DNA from: a virus
IMG/VR virus record: IMGVR_UViG_3300045988_070924
Coordinates: 32,001-96,000 of that record
Direction: 5' to 3' (one strand)
DNA: 64,000 bases
In this document: piece by piece, positions 30,148 through 40,208 of the stretch
Layout: every line of letters starts with the position of its first letter
Numbering within the stretch: position 1 is the stretch's first letter
Translations under genes and position numbers: made by a program
Notes under the pieces: model-generated
Told to the model about the DNA's origin: nothing
The model's database searches: none
Seen by the model: the letters and a program-made list of their open reading frames with translations, nothing else

Positions 30148-33100
30148 TTAGCAAATTCCCTTTACAATATCTATCATTTTCTTCATAACCTTAGAAGCAG
30201 TCTCAGAGTCTATATGCTCTTCAATCATGCTCTTATACTTATCTACCTTCTTTGACTGTCCTTTGACAAGAGATGTCATAAGATTGTTCAGTTCATCCTC
30301 ATCAAATACCTCGCTGAGTATATTCTCAACATCAGTCTCTGAGAGTTCTACTACTTCAGCCTCTCCATCATCCTCAGGAACTTCTCTTGCTGGAGAATCC
30401 TGAACCTCCTTCTCATGTACATCTTCCTCAGAAGTTCTCTGGATAGAAGTTCTTATCTCACTTCCAGATTCATTCATATCATATTCAAGGAAGTTGTTGG
30501 TATTACCAAGAGTTGTTGTCTCAGTATAGGTAATAGAACCATCTGAGTTGATTTCAGGATTGAAATACACCTTATCATTATAGAGGATAACAGGGACAGC
30601 TACTGTCTCTTTAGTAGATACTTTTCCACTTCCCCTTTTCACCTTTTTGACAATGAACTGTGAAGAAGCACTGTCTGAAGCAAATGTGAAGGTTATCTTC
30701 CTGTTACCAGCTCCATCTTCAGTGATAGAAGATGCAATTCCCTTTCTCTGTGTTATATGAGGAACAACCCTGAAGTTGTCTGTATGATTCCTTCTATACT
30801 GAAGAAGGAAGTCATTCACATCAAAGGAGTCATTATAATTGACATCCCTGATACTTTCAACATATCCTGGAATTGCAAGTTTCACATCAGTTGAAGCAAG
30901 ATGGAGGAAAGTCTTAGGACTAAATGAAAGTCCTGTTCTGTACATATTGTAGAAGAACAGTTTGACTCCAAGGTCTCTTGTACTTTCATTTGTTATAAGA
31001 TTTGTCCAAGCATCTCTCACTCTCTCTTGAACATCCTGAGTATATCCACCAGTCTTTGCTTCCAAAGTTGGAACAGGGCATTTTCCAGTAGAAGGTTTGA
31101 TAGTTATAATCTTGATAAGTTCATTATCTACTATTCCAGCAGCCTTCTCCTTGAACTCTACTATGAAGTCATGTATGAACTCCTCTCTTACTTTTCCATC
31201 TGAATTAAGGACAGGGTTTGGTCCTCCAGTAAGTTTGTAAAGAACAAAGTCACTGACAAGGGAATTGATAGTCTTGCTATCTACATTTGCCTTTGTAGTT
31301 TCTCTGAACTTTCCAAGAACCTGATTGAATTTATCAGAGTACTGAGGAAAATATCCCTGGAATATCAACTGAGAAGCTCCAGTATCAGATACTGTGGTTG
31401 TATAGAAGGCATCAAGAATAGGAGAGTTCTGAATGACATCCTTTGCATTATCTGAGAAGATTGCATTGCTATCCTCAAACTTGTCAAGGAACTTCTTATA
31501 TCTCTGCTTCATTACAAGGGTATCTGCAATGGTTGGACCAACAGCATTAGTTACTGAGTTGAACTTAGTAAGGAATGTAAGTGTGCCAAGGTCCTGTGAT
31601 ATTTTTGACAATCTCTTGAACAGAATAAGAGCTCTTGTCTGAAAGTCTCCTTTATCACTATTAAGTGATATACCCTGAGCAAGTTCTTCTTTAGAGAAGT
31701 TAGTCAGAGTAAGAGTCTTTTCATAACCCTTTGCATTCTTGTCTTGTTCAAGGAACTTATCAATCAGGTCCTCAGCTGAGATGTAACCCTCATTGTTCCT
31801 CCTGAAGTATTCATTAGTCACCCTTCTTATAATAGGCTGGGAGAGGAGCAGACCTATACTGTCAGAATCAAAACCAAGTCTTGCCAGAACCATTGCTGGT
31901 CCAGAGGTAAATGTATTAAGATTCATAAAGTTAAGTACTGGGTCCTTCACAGCATCCACAGAGGCTGCAAGAAAACCTGCAATAGTCTTGCTTATGAGAC
32001 TTCCATTCTTGCCTTTAAGGTCATCAAGTTTGTTGTTTTGAACAGCATCTACTTTATACCCATCAAAGGTAAACTTAAGGTCATCCCCAAGATTAAGATG
32101 TATATCCTGCATAGAAATAAATGCGTGACTCGTGTTATTATTGGCAAATACACCAATCAACTTGCCAGCAGTCATATTCTGCTTATGGAAGTACACCTGA
32201 GAAGTTGAGTAGATGATATTCCTGTCAGTTGAAGAGTCAAGTATTTCATCAAGCTGGTCAAGATTAAGCTTGCTTAACTCCTGATAGGTATGACCCTTTG
32301 TTTCTTGAAGTATCCTTACAATCCTTGCAGTCCTCTTCTGTACATCAAATGAACCAGGATTAAACATCTTGCTCATTGTGTCAGGGTTAGTGAGAACAGC
32401 CCATTGAAGGTCAAATATCCTGTTGTTCCTTCTATCAGTACCCCCATTAGACAGTTCAAAAGAAGTTCTGCTATACCTATCTCTATGGTCATAATAATAG
32501 TCATATACTTCCATTTCAAAGGAGCCTTCACTAAATTCTTGTCCAAATTGAATTTGCTGAGCAGTCATATCCAGATTATCTTTAAGCTTCTTCCTTTCTT
32601 CACCTTTAACTTTCTTAGTAGCAAGAAAATCTCTTTTAAGTTGCCCCCAATCAGTTCTCTTCTTGAGAGTGAAAGTCTTAAGCATCACATACAGCTTGTC
32701 AATATCAAAGTCAGAACCTGAAAGAAGAGTAATCTCTTTAGGGAGCATCACTGCTTCTCCAGCTGCTTTAGGAAGAAATCCTTTTATATAGAGAGGAGCC
32801 ATAGAATACTTGTCCTCTGTAGGAATTCTATATCCAATAGCCTTTCTCATTTCTTCAGGAATTATACCTTCCTTAACTGCTTCTTCCATTGATATTATGT
32901 ATGAGTGTCCATCCTTGTCATGTCTTGTAAGAGCCTCTTCAAGTTCAGAAGAAGGAATAGGCATATAGCACTCAAAGTGTGCCACGGAAGCCTGCTTATC
33001 ATCAATGAACTTCTTATATTCAGCTGCTGAAGATTCATCCTTTGAAAGACCTCTCTTCTCTACAAACTCACTATAGGTTTCAATAAGATTTCCATCTTTG

Positions 33101-36100
33101 TCCTTGAACCTTATTGAAAGGTCATCTGACATACCAAATACTGAGGCCTGAACTACTGGACCACCAGTTACCTTCTGCTTGTTTATCCTGCTCTTTATAA
33201 TAGAATTAAGAAGCTGCTGTATTCTAATAGACTGTATAGGGTCACTAAGTGGGATTATAAATTCTCCATTCTTATCAAGAGAACAAGCCCTCTGTATGTC
33301 AGCACCATACCTCTGGTCTTTTTCAATAGCTTCCTGAAGTATTTTCTCAAGTGCCCTATTCCTTTCAAGCCTTGTTCCTCTGACCTTGAAATCCTTACAC
33401 AATTTTTCAAAACTCTGCTCAATGTTCTCCTTTATAAGATTCTGGTACTCACTGATAAGTTCATCACTCTTAAGATTTTCATCTCCTATCTGGAACTCAG
33501 TACCTGGGGTAATGTCACTTATACTAAGTATTCTCATCTGAGAACCCATGAGCTGCTCATGGTCTACCAAGTGGGCAGGAACCTCCTGCTGAATGCCATA
33601 GTCTTCAAAAGGAATTGTATGAATGTAATTGACATTATATCTGTCATTGTTATTATCAGAAGAAGCAGTTCTATCAGAATTGATATATGTAGCCTCATTA
33701 AGGATACTCTTAATTTCCTCATATGATTCTACCTTATTTATATTCACAACTCCAGACTTTCCTGACTTCACAGATGATTCAAATTGGACAGTATCAATAC
33801 CCTTTCCATTGTATGTACCTTCCTTTATAACCTCATAGGTGTTGGTCTTTGGATTGAATTTGGTTTCTCTGCCATCATATGCAGATTCCTCCATGAAATC
33901 AAAGATAGCAGCAAGTTTGCTCTGCTTCTTTCCACCTCTCATAAGTGCATCTGCAAGGAGAAGAAGATATTCAGAGTTCTTGTTCTGAACAGGAACCTTA
34001 AGTTCAGAAAGAGCATCTGAACCTCCTGGTTTCCTAATCTGGGAATAGACAAAAGGTTTTAATGGCTGCCAGACAATACCAAGGTCATTGACATTGAAGT
34101 CTCCTCTCTTGATTCTGTTATAAGCCTCTTCCATTTCATCAGACCATTTGCCCATCATACCCATCTTCTTTCTGTATGAGGTAGGTGATGAATACCCCTG
34201 AGCATCTGCTACGTTAATCTTCCTGAAAGAATCAATTATGAGGTCTTTCATCATCCTCATATTAGCCTTTTCAAAAGGGTCAGAGATTGAAGAAATCTTC
34301 TGGTCAAATATCTCCTCAACATTAGGAATTATGTCAGACTCTGCCTCATAATCTGTAATGTACATAGTTCTTTCCATTCCATCGGCAGAATAGAGTCTAC
34401 CCTTTGAATCCCTTGCAGTTATATTCAATCTCATTGCAGGAGAATGGACCTGAGCATACCTCTTCTGGAAGTCTTCTACATTCTTGTAATAAGCAAGGTC
34501 TGTAGCAGTAAGTTGGATTATGTTTATAGTTGCAAACATATCATTCCATACATACTCTTCAAGATTAGCCTTAGCCTCAGACTCCATAACCTGCATTATC
34601 TCAGACTTCTGTTCCTTGGAGAGTCTTCTCTCCTTTCCAAACAGTTCCTTCTTTATAGTTGAGTATGACCTTGTAAGGTTAGGTATGTACTTATATCTTG
34701 TTTCAACATCTTCACCCCTTCTGACTTCCTCTGTATCAAATAGACCAATCTTCTCCCACTGTGAAATCTCCTTGCTCACTATAATGTCCATGTAAGAATC
34801 AAGGTTCTGATTGACTAACTTGTCAAAAGAATCCTCATTTACACTGACACCATTTATCTTGTCTATAAGCATCATTCCAAGTTCATCACCTTCAACTATA
34901 TTCTGGTTGAAAGCATCAAGAAACTTAAAGGAGGCTCCACTTGAGTAGGTGACAAGTTTTCCATTCTTCACAAGGTCATCATGAGTAAGAGGTTCTCCAG
35001 CTCTCATCTTAGCCTCAATCTGAGGATTCTTCTTCAGAACTTTAGAACTTATATCAAAGTTTGAGATAGGTTCAATGTTTGCATTCACACTTCTTTCAAG
35101 TACAGCTCTGAACCTAAGAACTTCCTGATTGAGAACCATTTTGAGTCCTCTCTTGATTCTTCTCTTATATTCAGAACCTGAGTATCTCTTGAACCTTATA
35201 AATTCAGAAGAAGGTTTATTTGAAAGCATAGGAACTCTGTACCATGCCCACTGAGGACCTTTTCCTCTACTTCCCTTATCATAGAAGTACTCACTCATAA
35301 GAGATAGAGTATATCCCAACTCACTCAAATCAGTGTAAGGAGTTCCATCAAATGACAACTGGACTTTATGTTCCAAGCCTTGTCTTGCATCCTTACTTTC
35401 AGAAATCAGCTCAAGCCATGCATTATTCCAAGTTCCATCTTCCTCCCTGAACCATCTGTATGACCCATAGTTCTCTTCCATAAATGAATTGAACTTGCTT
35501 GGATTACCAATGGCATCTTTCAGATTGAGAATAAGTTTTCCCATATAAGAAGGAGTTACAAAAGAGTAATGCATCTTGCCATTCTCATAGGATGATGACT
35601 CAATACTGTCCTGAATATACCTGCTCATAAGTCCAACTATAGATTTATAATTTCCATAGATGTTCTTCTCCTCCCCCTTAAGAAGAGGATTATATGAGAT
35701 AGAGTCCTTCTTTGATAGCAAGGTATCAAACATATAGGACATTTCACTCAGAAGTTTCATTACTGGAGAATTATTAATGTCCTTAGGTCTTCCTTTATCA
35801 ACTATAGTATTAGAGACTGTCTTGGTATCTACTCTTATTCCTAACTCATTTAGGAGTTTTGTAATCTTAGGTACAGAGTTCTTGAGAGTATTATTATATA
35901 CTTCCTTTCTTACAGCAGTGAATGCACCCTTAAGGTCAGATACTATTTTGTCCTTCTCAGCCTTAAGAGCCTCAACATTCTTGACATTAACCCTACCCTT
36001 ACCTTCAATACCATCAGCAGTGATTATAATGTTCTGCATAAGTCCTGAATTATAATAGGTGGTAATTTCATCAAGTACAGACTGTGCTGCTCCCTTAGTG

Positions 36101-38346
36101 TTAATGATTTGAGTCTGATATACCTTATTTCCTTTCTCATCCCTTTCCACAGTTACAATACTATACTGCGTAAAGTCCTTTCTGAAATTCTGAAAGAATT
36201 GAGACCTGAAAGGTTCTTCCTTTATCTTATTGAGGATAGAGTTAAGCCAAGGATAAGAGTCCTTCATTCCATCAAGTATCTCCTCCATCTCCTCTATAGT
36301 TGTAGCAGTTCTGGTCCATTTAAGGATACTGTTTACAGCAACACCAGAGTCTACAAAAGTATCAAAGTTGAAACCAAACTTGTCCTTTATAGGATTTCCA
36401 TTGGAGTCTATGGCAAAGAGTCTTTCAAATGACCTTCTTATATCACCACTAAGACTTGACCTTGCTGATATGTTTCTTATACCAAGCTGCCAATACTCCC
36501 TTTCCTTCTCTTCAAGTTCACCAGCATCTATCTGTTCTTGAAAAGAGGTCTCAATATCCTCTCTACTTATTTCATCAGGTCTTGCAGCAACTACTGTAAC
36601 ACCTTCAAGAGTTATAAGTTTTGCATAGGCAGACTTCACAAGGGCTACCCAGTTGTCATAGGCTATCTGTAACTTGTCAAGAATATCAAAATCATCAATG
36701 TCAGTCCTATTGTCAGGATTATACCATCTTTCCTTTATATACTCAAATATCCTTGTCACTCCAACAGTACTTATGATGTCTTCTCTTGACATCTTAGTAA
36801 AGTTGAACCTACTGAATTGGTCTCCAAAATAGAACTGATTAGCCTCAGGATTTGTCTGTAAGTGAGTAACAATAAATGAAGTAAGACTCATTACATTGTT
36901 GGCAAGGAATGTTCTCTCAGTAGCTGAAAGCAGAGGGTTTCCATAGAGGTTACCTCTCTGGCTATCTACTTCATTCTGTGAGAACTCAGTATTTTCTGGC
37001 TCTCTGGTTTCCTCTCTCATTGATTCTACCTCATTTTCAGTCATACCTTCAAAGAGGATATTCATACTTACAGGCTCTACTGGAACAAGCACCTGATTAT
37101 CAAGACTGTTTCCAGTAAAATCCAAATGAGGTGCATAGTAGTCTTCAGTCTCCTGAATAGGAACATTATTAAGATATAACTGACCATCAGTTGCTGAATA
37201 GATGGAGTCAGCATTAGGTTGTGGATAACCTACCCTAAACTGAATAAGTTTGAGCTCCTTTATCTTGCCTCTCAGTTCTGGATAATTAGCCTCAAGAATA
37301 GCCTTATAGAGGGTTAGCTGTTTTGCATATCCAGCAACCCTGTCCTCATTGAAACCACTTCTTGAAGTCTTCATATCATAGATATAGAAGTTACCTTCAT
37401 TATCATAGATAAGCATATCCATAGTTCCCGCCATTACACCTTCCTTAAGTTTTCCATCTTTGTCAGTGTATGTGTACTTTGAGGCTATTGGGAACTCTTC
37501 AGTCACTACTGTATATTTGTCCTTTCCAAACTTCTTGTCAAAGAAATTCCTAAGACTCTTCAAGTCATGCTTGAGAAAAGAAAGGTCCTTATCTGACAAG
37601 TTTGGATATTCATCTTTCAGTTCACCTTTGAAGAAGTCTCTTGTGACACTGTCTGCTGTTATACCTATGGCAGAGGCTGCTACCCCCCATTGACCAAGGT
37701 CTTCCTTACCATGTATGAACTGTGTCACACTGGTATCAGCCTTCTTCCCATCTACTGTATAGGAATGGTCTTCTGGGTTGAACTTGATATGCTCTCTTGA
37801 ATCTGCTATCATCCTATCTACAAGTTCTTTAGCAGATTGCATATTATTATTTTCTTCTTCAAACACAGGAGCTTCTTCTACAGCTTCTGACTTAGTATTA
37901 GTAGAATTAAGAATATCAGCAGTAGTTTCTATGGTAGTTTTATTCTCAGAAGAATTGTCCCTATTAAATATAGGTTCAGCTGCCCTCACTGTATACTCTC
38001 CAGTAGGGGTTTCATATATAATGACATTCTCTTCTCCAAACCTCTCTACAAGTTTAGAGTAGATGTCCTTCATCTTCCCTTCATCAGAGGAACTATAAGC
38101 TGGGTTCAGAGCTTCCCAGACTTTATGGGCTCTGTTGTATTCACTTTTAGAAGTGAATACATTATTACTTCTAAGCTTGAAGTAAGAATCCATATGATTA
38201 ATGAAGTCCTGAGATGTAGAGTCATAGGTCTCAAGACCATTTTTATCCATATAGATTTTGATAGCATTTTCTACAGTTCCTGATGTAGCATTATACTTAG
38301 AGGTCAACTTCTTGAAGTTGCCATCTTTCGTGTTTACACAAGCCAT
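30148..38346 (-). CDS. Giant virion-type RNA polymerase (two-barrel, DxDxD) with N-terminal RecB-like nuclease-fold domain
   Basis: 2732 aa. 'LLSGSDFDIDKLYV' gives DFDID at residues 1879-1883 (nt 32698-32712), the metal-binding motif described for crAss-like virion RNAPs. Residues ~300-350, 'GTMDMLIYDNEGNFYIYDMKTS...YAKQLTLY', form a D...(D/E)xK plus QxxxY pattern. Confidence 0.75.
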   Translation of the reverse strand: MACVNTKDGNFKKLTSKYNATSGTVENAIKIYMDKNGLETYDSTSQDFINHMDSYFKLRSNNVFTSKSEYNRAHKVWEALNPAYSSSDEGKMKDIYSKLVERFGEENVIIYETPTGEYTVRAAEPIFNRDNSSENKTTIETTADILNSTNTKSEAVEEAPVFEEENNNMQSAKELVDRMIADSREHIKFNPEDHSYTVDGKKADTSVTQFIHGKEDLGQWGVAASAIGITADSVTRDFFKGELKDEYPNLSDKDLSFLKHDLKSLRNFFDKKFGKDKYTVVTEEFPIASKYTYTDKDGKLKEGVMAGTMDMLIYDNEGNFYIYDMKTSRSGFNEDRVAGYAKQLTLYKAILEANYPELRGKIKELKLIQFRVGYPQPNADSIYSATDGQLYLNNVPIQETEDYYAPHLDFTGNSLDNQVLVPVEPVSMNILFEGMTENEVESMREETREPENTEFSQNEVDSQRGNLYGNPLLSATERTFLANNVMSLTSFIVTHLQTNPEANQFYFGDQFSRFNFTKMSREDIISTVGVTRIFEYIKERWYNPDNRTDIDDFDILDKLQIAYDNWVALVKSAYAKLITLEGVTVVAARPDEISREDIETSFQEQIDAGELEEKEREYWQLGIRNISARSSLSGDIRRSFERLFAIDSNGNPIKDKFGFNFDTFVDSGVAVNSILKWTRTATTIEEMEEILDGMKDSYPWLNSILNKIKEEPFRSQFFQNFRKDFTQYSIVTVERDEKGNKVYQTQIINTKGAAQSVLDEITTYYNSGLMQNIIITADGIEGKGRVNVKNVEALKAEKDKIVSDLKGAFTAVRKEVYNNTLKNSVPKITKLLNELGIRVDTKTVSNTIVDKGRPKDINNSPVMKLLSEMSYMFDTLLSKKDSISYNPLLKGEEKNIYGNYKSIVGLMSRYIQDSIESSSYENGKMHYSFVTPSYMGKLILNLKDAIGNPSKFNSFMEENYGSYRWFREEDGTWNNAWLELISESKDARQGLEHKVQLSFDGTPYTDLSELGYTLSLMSEYFYDKGSRGKGPQWAWYRVPMLSNKPSSEFIRFKRYSGSEYKRRIKRGLKMVLNQEVLRFRAVLERSVNANIEPISNFDISSKVLKKNPQIEAKMRAGEPLTHDDLVKNGKLVTYSSGASFKFLDAFNQNIVEGDELGMMLIDKINGVSVNEDSFDKLVNQNLDSYMDIIVSKEISQWEKIGLFDTEEVRRGEDVETRYKYIPNLTRSYSTIKKELFGKERRLSKEQKSEIMQVMESEAKANLEEYVWNDMFATINIIQLTATDLAYYKNVEDFQKRYAQVHSPAMRLNITARDSKGRLYSADGMERTMYITDYEAESDIIPNVEEIFDQKISSISDPFEKANMRMMKDLIIDSFRKINVADAQGYSSPTSYRKKMGMMGKWSDEMEEAYNRIKRGDFNVNDLGIVWQPLKPFVYSQIRKPGGSDALSELKVPVQNKNSEYLLLLADALMRGGKKQSKLAAIFDFMEESAYDGRETKFNPKTNTYEVIKEGTYNGKGIDTVQFESSVKSGKSGVVNINKVESYEEIKSILNEATYINSDRTASSDNNNDRYNVNYIHTIPFEDYGIQQEVPAHLVDHEQLMGSQMRILSISDITPGTEFQIGDENLKSDELISEYQNLIKENIEQSFEKLCKDFKVRGTRLERNRALEKILQEAIEKDQRYGADIQRACSLDKNGEFIIPLSDPIQSIRIQQLLNSIIKSRINKQKVTGGPVVQASVFGMSDDLSIRFKDKDGNLIETYSEFVEKRGLSKDESSAAEYKKFIDDKQASVAHFECYMPIPSSELEEALTRHDKDGHSYIISMEEAVKEGIIPEEMRKAIGYRIPTEDKYSMAPLYIKGFLPKAAGEAVMLPKEITLLSGSDFDIDKLYVMLKTFTLKKRTDWGQLKRDFLATKKVKGEERKKLKDNLDMTAQQIQFGQEFSEGSFEMEVYDYYYDHRDRYSRTSFELSNGGTDRRNNRIFDLQWAVLTNPDTMSKMFNPGSFDVQKRTARIVRILQETKGHTYQELSKLNLDQLDEILDSSTDRNIIYSTSQVYFHKQNMTAGKLIGVFANNNTSHAFISMQDIHLNLGDDLKFTFDGYKVDAVQNNKLDDLKGKNGSLISKTIAGFLAASVDAVKDPVLNFMNLNTFTSGPAMVLARLGFDSDSIGLLLSQPIIRRVTNEYFRRNNEGYISAEDLIDKFLEQDKNAKGYEKTLTLTNFSKEELAQGISLNSDKGDFQTRALILFKRLSKISQDLGTLTFLTKFNSVTNAVGPTIADTLVMKQRYKKFLDKFEDSNAIFSDNAKDVIQNSPILDAFYTTTVSDTGASQLIFQGYFPQYSDKFNQVLGKFRETTKANVDSKTINSLVSDFVLYKLTGGPNPVLNSDGKVREEFIHDFIVEFKEKAAGIVDNELIKIITIKPSTGKCPVPTLEAKTGGYTQDVQERVRDAWTNLITNESTRDLGVKLFFYNMYRTGLSFSPKTFLHLASTDVKLAIPGYVESIRDVNYNDSFDVNDFLLQYRRNHTDNFRVVPHITQRKGIASSITEDGAGNRKITFTFASDSASSQFIVKKVKRGSGKVSTKETVAVPVILYNDKVYFNPEINSDGSITYTETTTLGNTNNFLEYDMNESGSEIRTSIQRTSEEDVHEKEVQDSPAREVPEDDGEAEVVELSETDVENILSEVFDEDELNNLMTSLVKGQSKKVDKYKSMIEEHIDSETASKVMKKMIDIVKGIC

Positions 38347-38373
38347 ATATTTGTACTAATTTAGATTTAAGGA

Positions 38374-38404
38374 CAAAGATAAGTATTTAATTTCAATTAA
38401 CCAA
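38374..38404 (-). promoter_or_regulatory. Bacteroidota-type promoter (TTG-N20-TAtcTTTG) for the RNAP gene
   Basis: On the minus strand, TAtcTTTG is at plus 38374-38381 and TTG at plus 38402-38404, with the same 21-nt offset. The box ends 28 nt upstream of ATG 38346. Confidence 0.55.
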
Positions 38405-38454
38405 GTTATTAAGTATTAATCTGTATACTCTCTAATTTGATTACTAATTATGGT

Positions 38455-38489
38455 ATAAAAAAATAAGGGAGATATTGCTATCTCCCTTA
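38455..38489 (-). terminator. Rho-independent terminator (minus strand)
   Basis: Perfect 11-bp stem taagggagata/tatctccctta (38464-38474/38479-38489). An A-run at 38455-38463 reads as a T-run on the minus strand. Confidence 0.8.
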
Positions 38490-38533
38490 GAAAATCTCTT
38501 AATATTTCAAAAAGAGATAGTAATAGCAGAGAT

Positions 38534-39160
38534 TTACTCTACAACATACTTCACTCCATTGTAGATAAGCTGAGAGATTGTATTGATGTTCACCAATCTT
38601 TCACCTGTTTCTTTCTCAGTTCTCTCAATATCCATGTCCATACATTTGTATTTACCATCTCTTGAGACAAACTGCATCTTATAGCCTCTCAGTACTCTAT
38701 CCTCACCTTCAATATAGTCCTTTACAGGATTATCCTGAATGAGTTCAAGAGCTTCTTTATAGGCTACAGCCATAGATTTCTTCTGCTTCTTAGCCTTATC
38801 AATCAGGGCAATAGCTTCAGCTCTCTGAGCCTCTCTTTCAGCTTCAAACTGTTTCTTAGTCTTGGCTTTATCCTGTTTCTTGAAGACTACAGTGAATACC
38901 TCAGAAGACTTGATACCCTCAAAGATAGTTCTTATGCCCGGAGTACCATCTTTCTTATCTTCCTTAGTAACCTTTACTTCTTTTTCATACTGGTCAGAAG
39001 TATTGAGCATATTATGAACATACTCATTGCTAAGACTAACAGTCTTACCACTCTCAAGATGTTCAAATACAACACTATCTTTCTTTACTTCTTTTACAAT
39101 GTAATGGGACTCTTCTGAGAAGATGTCACCAACTTCAATTTCTGTAAGATTTACTTTCAT
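38534..39160 (-). CDS. Hypothetical protein (two small beta-rich domains joined by a K/E/A-rich helix)
   Basis: 208-aa ORF with ATG start, downstream of the vWA gene. Confidence 0.3.
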   Translation of the reverse strand: MKVNLTEIEVGDIFSEESHYIVKEVKKDSVVFEHLESGKTVSLSNEYVHNMLNTSDQYEKEVKVTKEDKKDGTPGIRTIFEGIKSSEVFTVVFKKQDKAKTKKQFEAEREAQRAEAIALIDKAKKQKKSMAVAYKEALELIQDNPVKDYIEGEDRVLRGYKMQFVSRDGKYKCMDMDIERTEKETGERLVNINTISQLIYNGVKYVVE

Positions 39161-39169
39161 GTTCTTTTA

Positions 39170-39931
39170 TTATTTAGATATTACTTCTTTTGAATAAGCT
39201 TCATAAACAGCAGTCATCTCAGCATCTCCACTTGCTTCAAAGCTATCCATAGTAGCTTTATAAATACCTATTGTCTTTTCTCCTCCTCTTGCCAATGCAG
39301 CAGCCTCAACAAGCTGTGAAGTCTTTGAGCTTGTACTAAATGGAGCACTTACACCATTAGTAATGCTTGAAAGTGTTTTATACCACCTAGTTCCATTTAT
39401 AGTCAATGTATCAAATTTAATTCCTTTCTCAGCAGCTTTCTGAGCTTCCTTTCTCCAATCAATTTGATTATTAACTACTCTATCCCTGTAGCTATATCCT
39501 ACCTTATGTGGTTCTGCATCTGCAATGAGAAGAACTGCTTTGGTAGAACCCTCTCTCCAATTAGTCTCTTCAACTATCTTCTTGATAACAAGTTCATAGA
39601 ACTCATCACTGTCACCTCCACTTGTATCCTGTGCATTAGTGATAAACTCTATAAGTTTATTTTCATCATCAGTAAGTTCACATACTTGATATGCCCAACC
39701 AAATTTATCTTTGCTTGACATATCACAATAGTCACCAAAAGCCACTATTCCTATCCTCAAATCAGGATTCTGTTTGAAGAGTTTAGGAATCAGTTCCTTC
39801 ACATGTTCCTTGACTGCATCAATGTAACTTGCCATTGAGCCAGTAGTATCAAATGCAATCACCATGTCAAGCCTGCCATCTGATGTAGTAGTGCTTTCCT
39901 TTACCTTGGGTTTAACTAATCCTGTTCTCAT
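39170..39931 (-). CDS. von Willebrand factor A (vWA) domain protein
   Basis: MIDAS-type 'VIAFDTTGSM' (DxTxS), then 'IVAFGDY', 'TSGGDSDE' and 'VLLIADAEPH' in the usual vWA order. Confidence 0.7.
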   Translation of the reverse strand: MRTGLVKPKVKESTTTSDGRLDMVIAFDTTGSMASYIDAVKEHVKELIPKLFKQNPDLRIGIVAFGDYCDMSSKDKFGWAYQVCELTDDENKLIEFITNAQDTSGGDSDEFYELVIKKIVEETNWREGSTKAVLLIADAEPHKVGYSYRDRVVNNQIDWRKEAQKAAEKGIKFDTLTINGTRWYKTLSSITNGVSAPFSTSSKTSQLVEAAALARGGEKTIGIYKATMDSFEASGDAEMTAVYEAYSKEVISK

Positions 39932-40158
39932 TTAATAAACTTTTCTAAGTTGGACATAAATCTCTTAGTCTCTTCTTGAGTAATACTAATCTCCTTTATT
40001 TGAGCATTAATAGACTCAATCTGAGACTGCTTTGTTTCAATTTCTTTCTGCATCTCCTCATTCAATGCAGATGCCTGGTTGTGTGCAGTCTGAAACATAG
40101 CTTTTACATTGCTGAGTCTCTCTGCAAATGTAGCCTTACCATTACTAAAAATTGCCAT
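39928..40158 (-). CDS. Small coiled-coil protein
   Basis: 76-aa ORF with a 4-nt overlap to the vWA gene. Heptad-like Q/E/K/I sequence. Confidence 0.3.
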   Translation of the reverse strand: MAIFSNGKATFAERLSNVKAMFQTAHNQASALNEEMQKEIETKQSQIESINAQIKEISITQEETKRFMSNLEKFIK

Positions 40159-40182
40159 ATTCTTTTTTTTAATTGTTTATCA

Positions 40183-40208
40183 CAAAAAAAGCAGGAATTA
40201 CTCCTGCT
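40183..40208 (-). terminator. Rho-independent terminator (minus strand) overlapping the thyX stop
   Basis: Stem agcagga/tcctgct (40190-40196/40202-40208). An A-run at 40184-40190 reads as a T-run on the minus strand. Confidence 0.6.
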
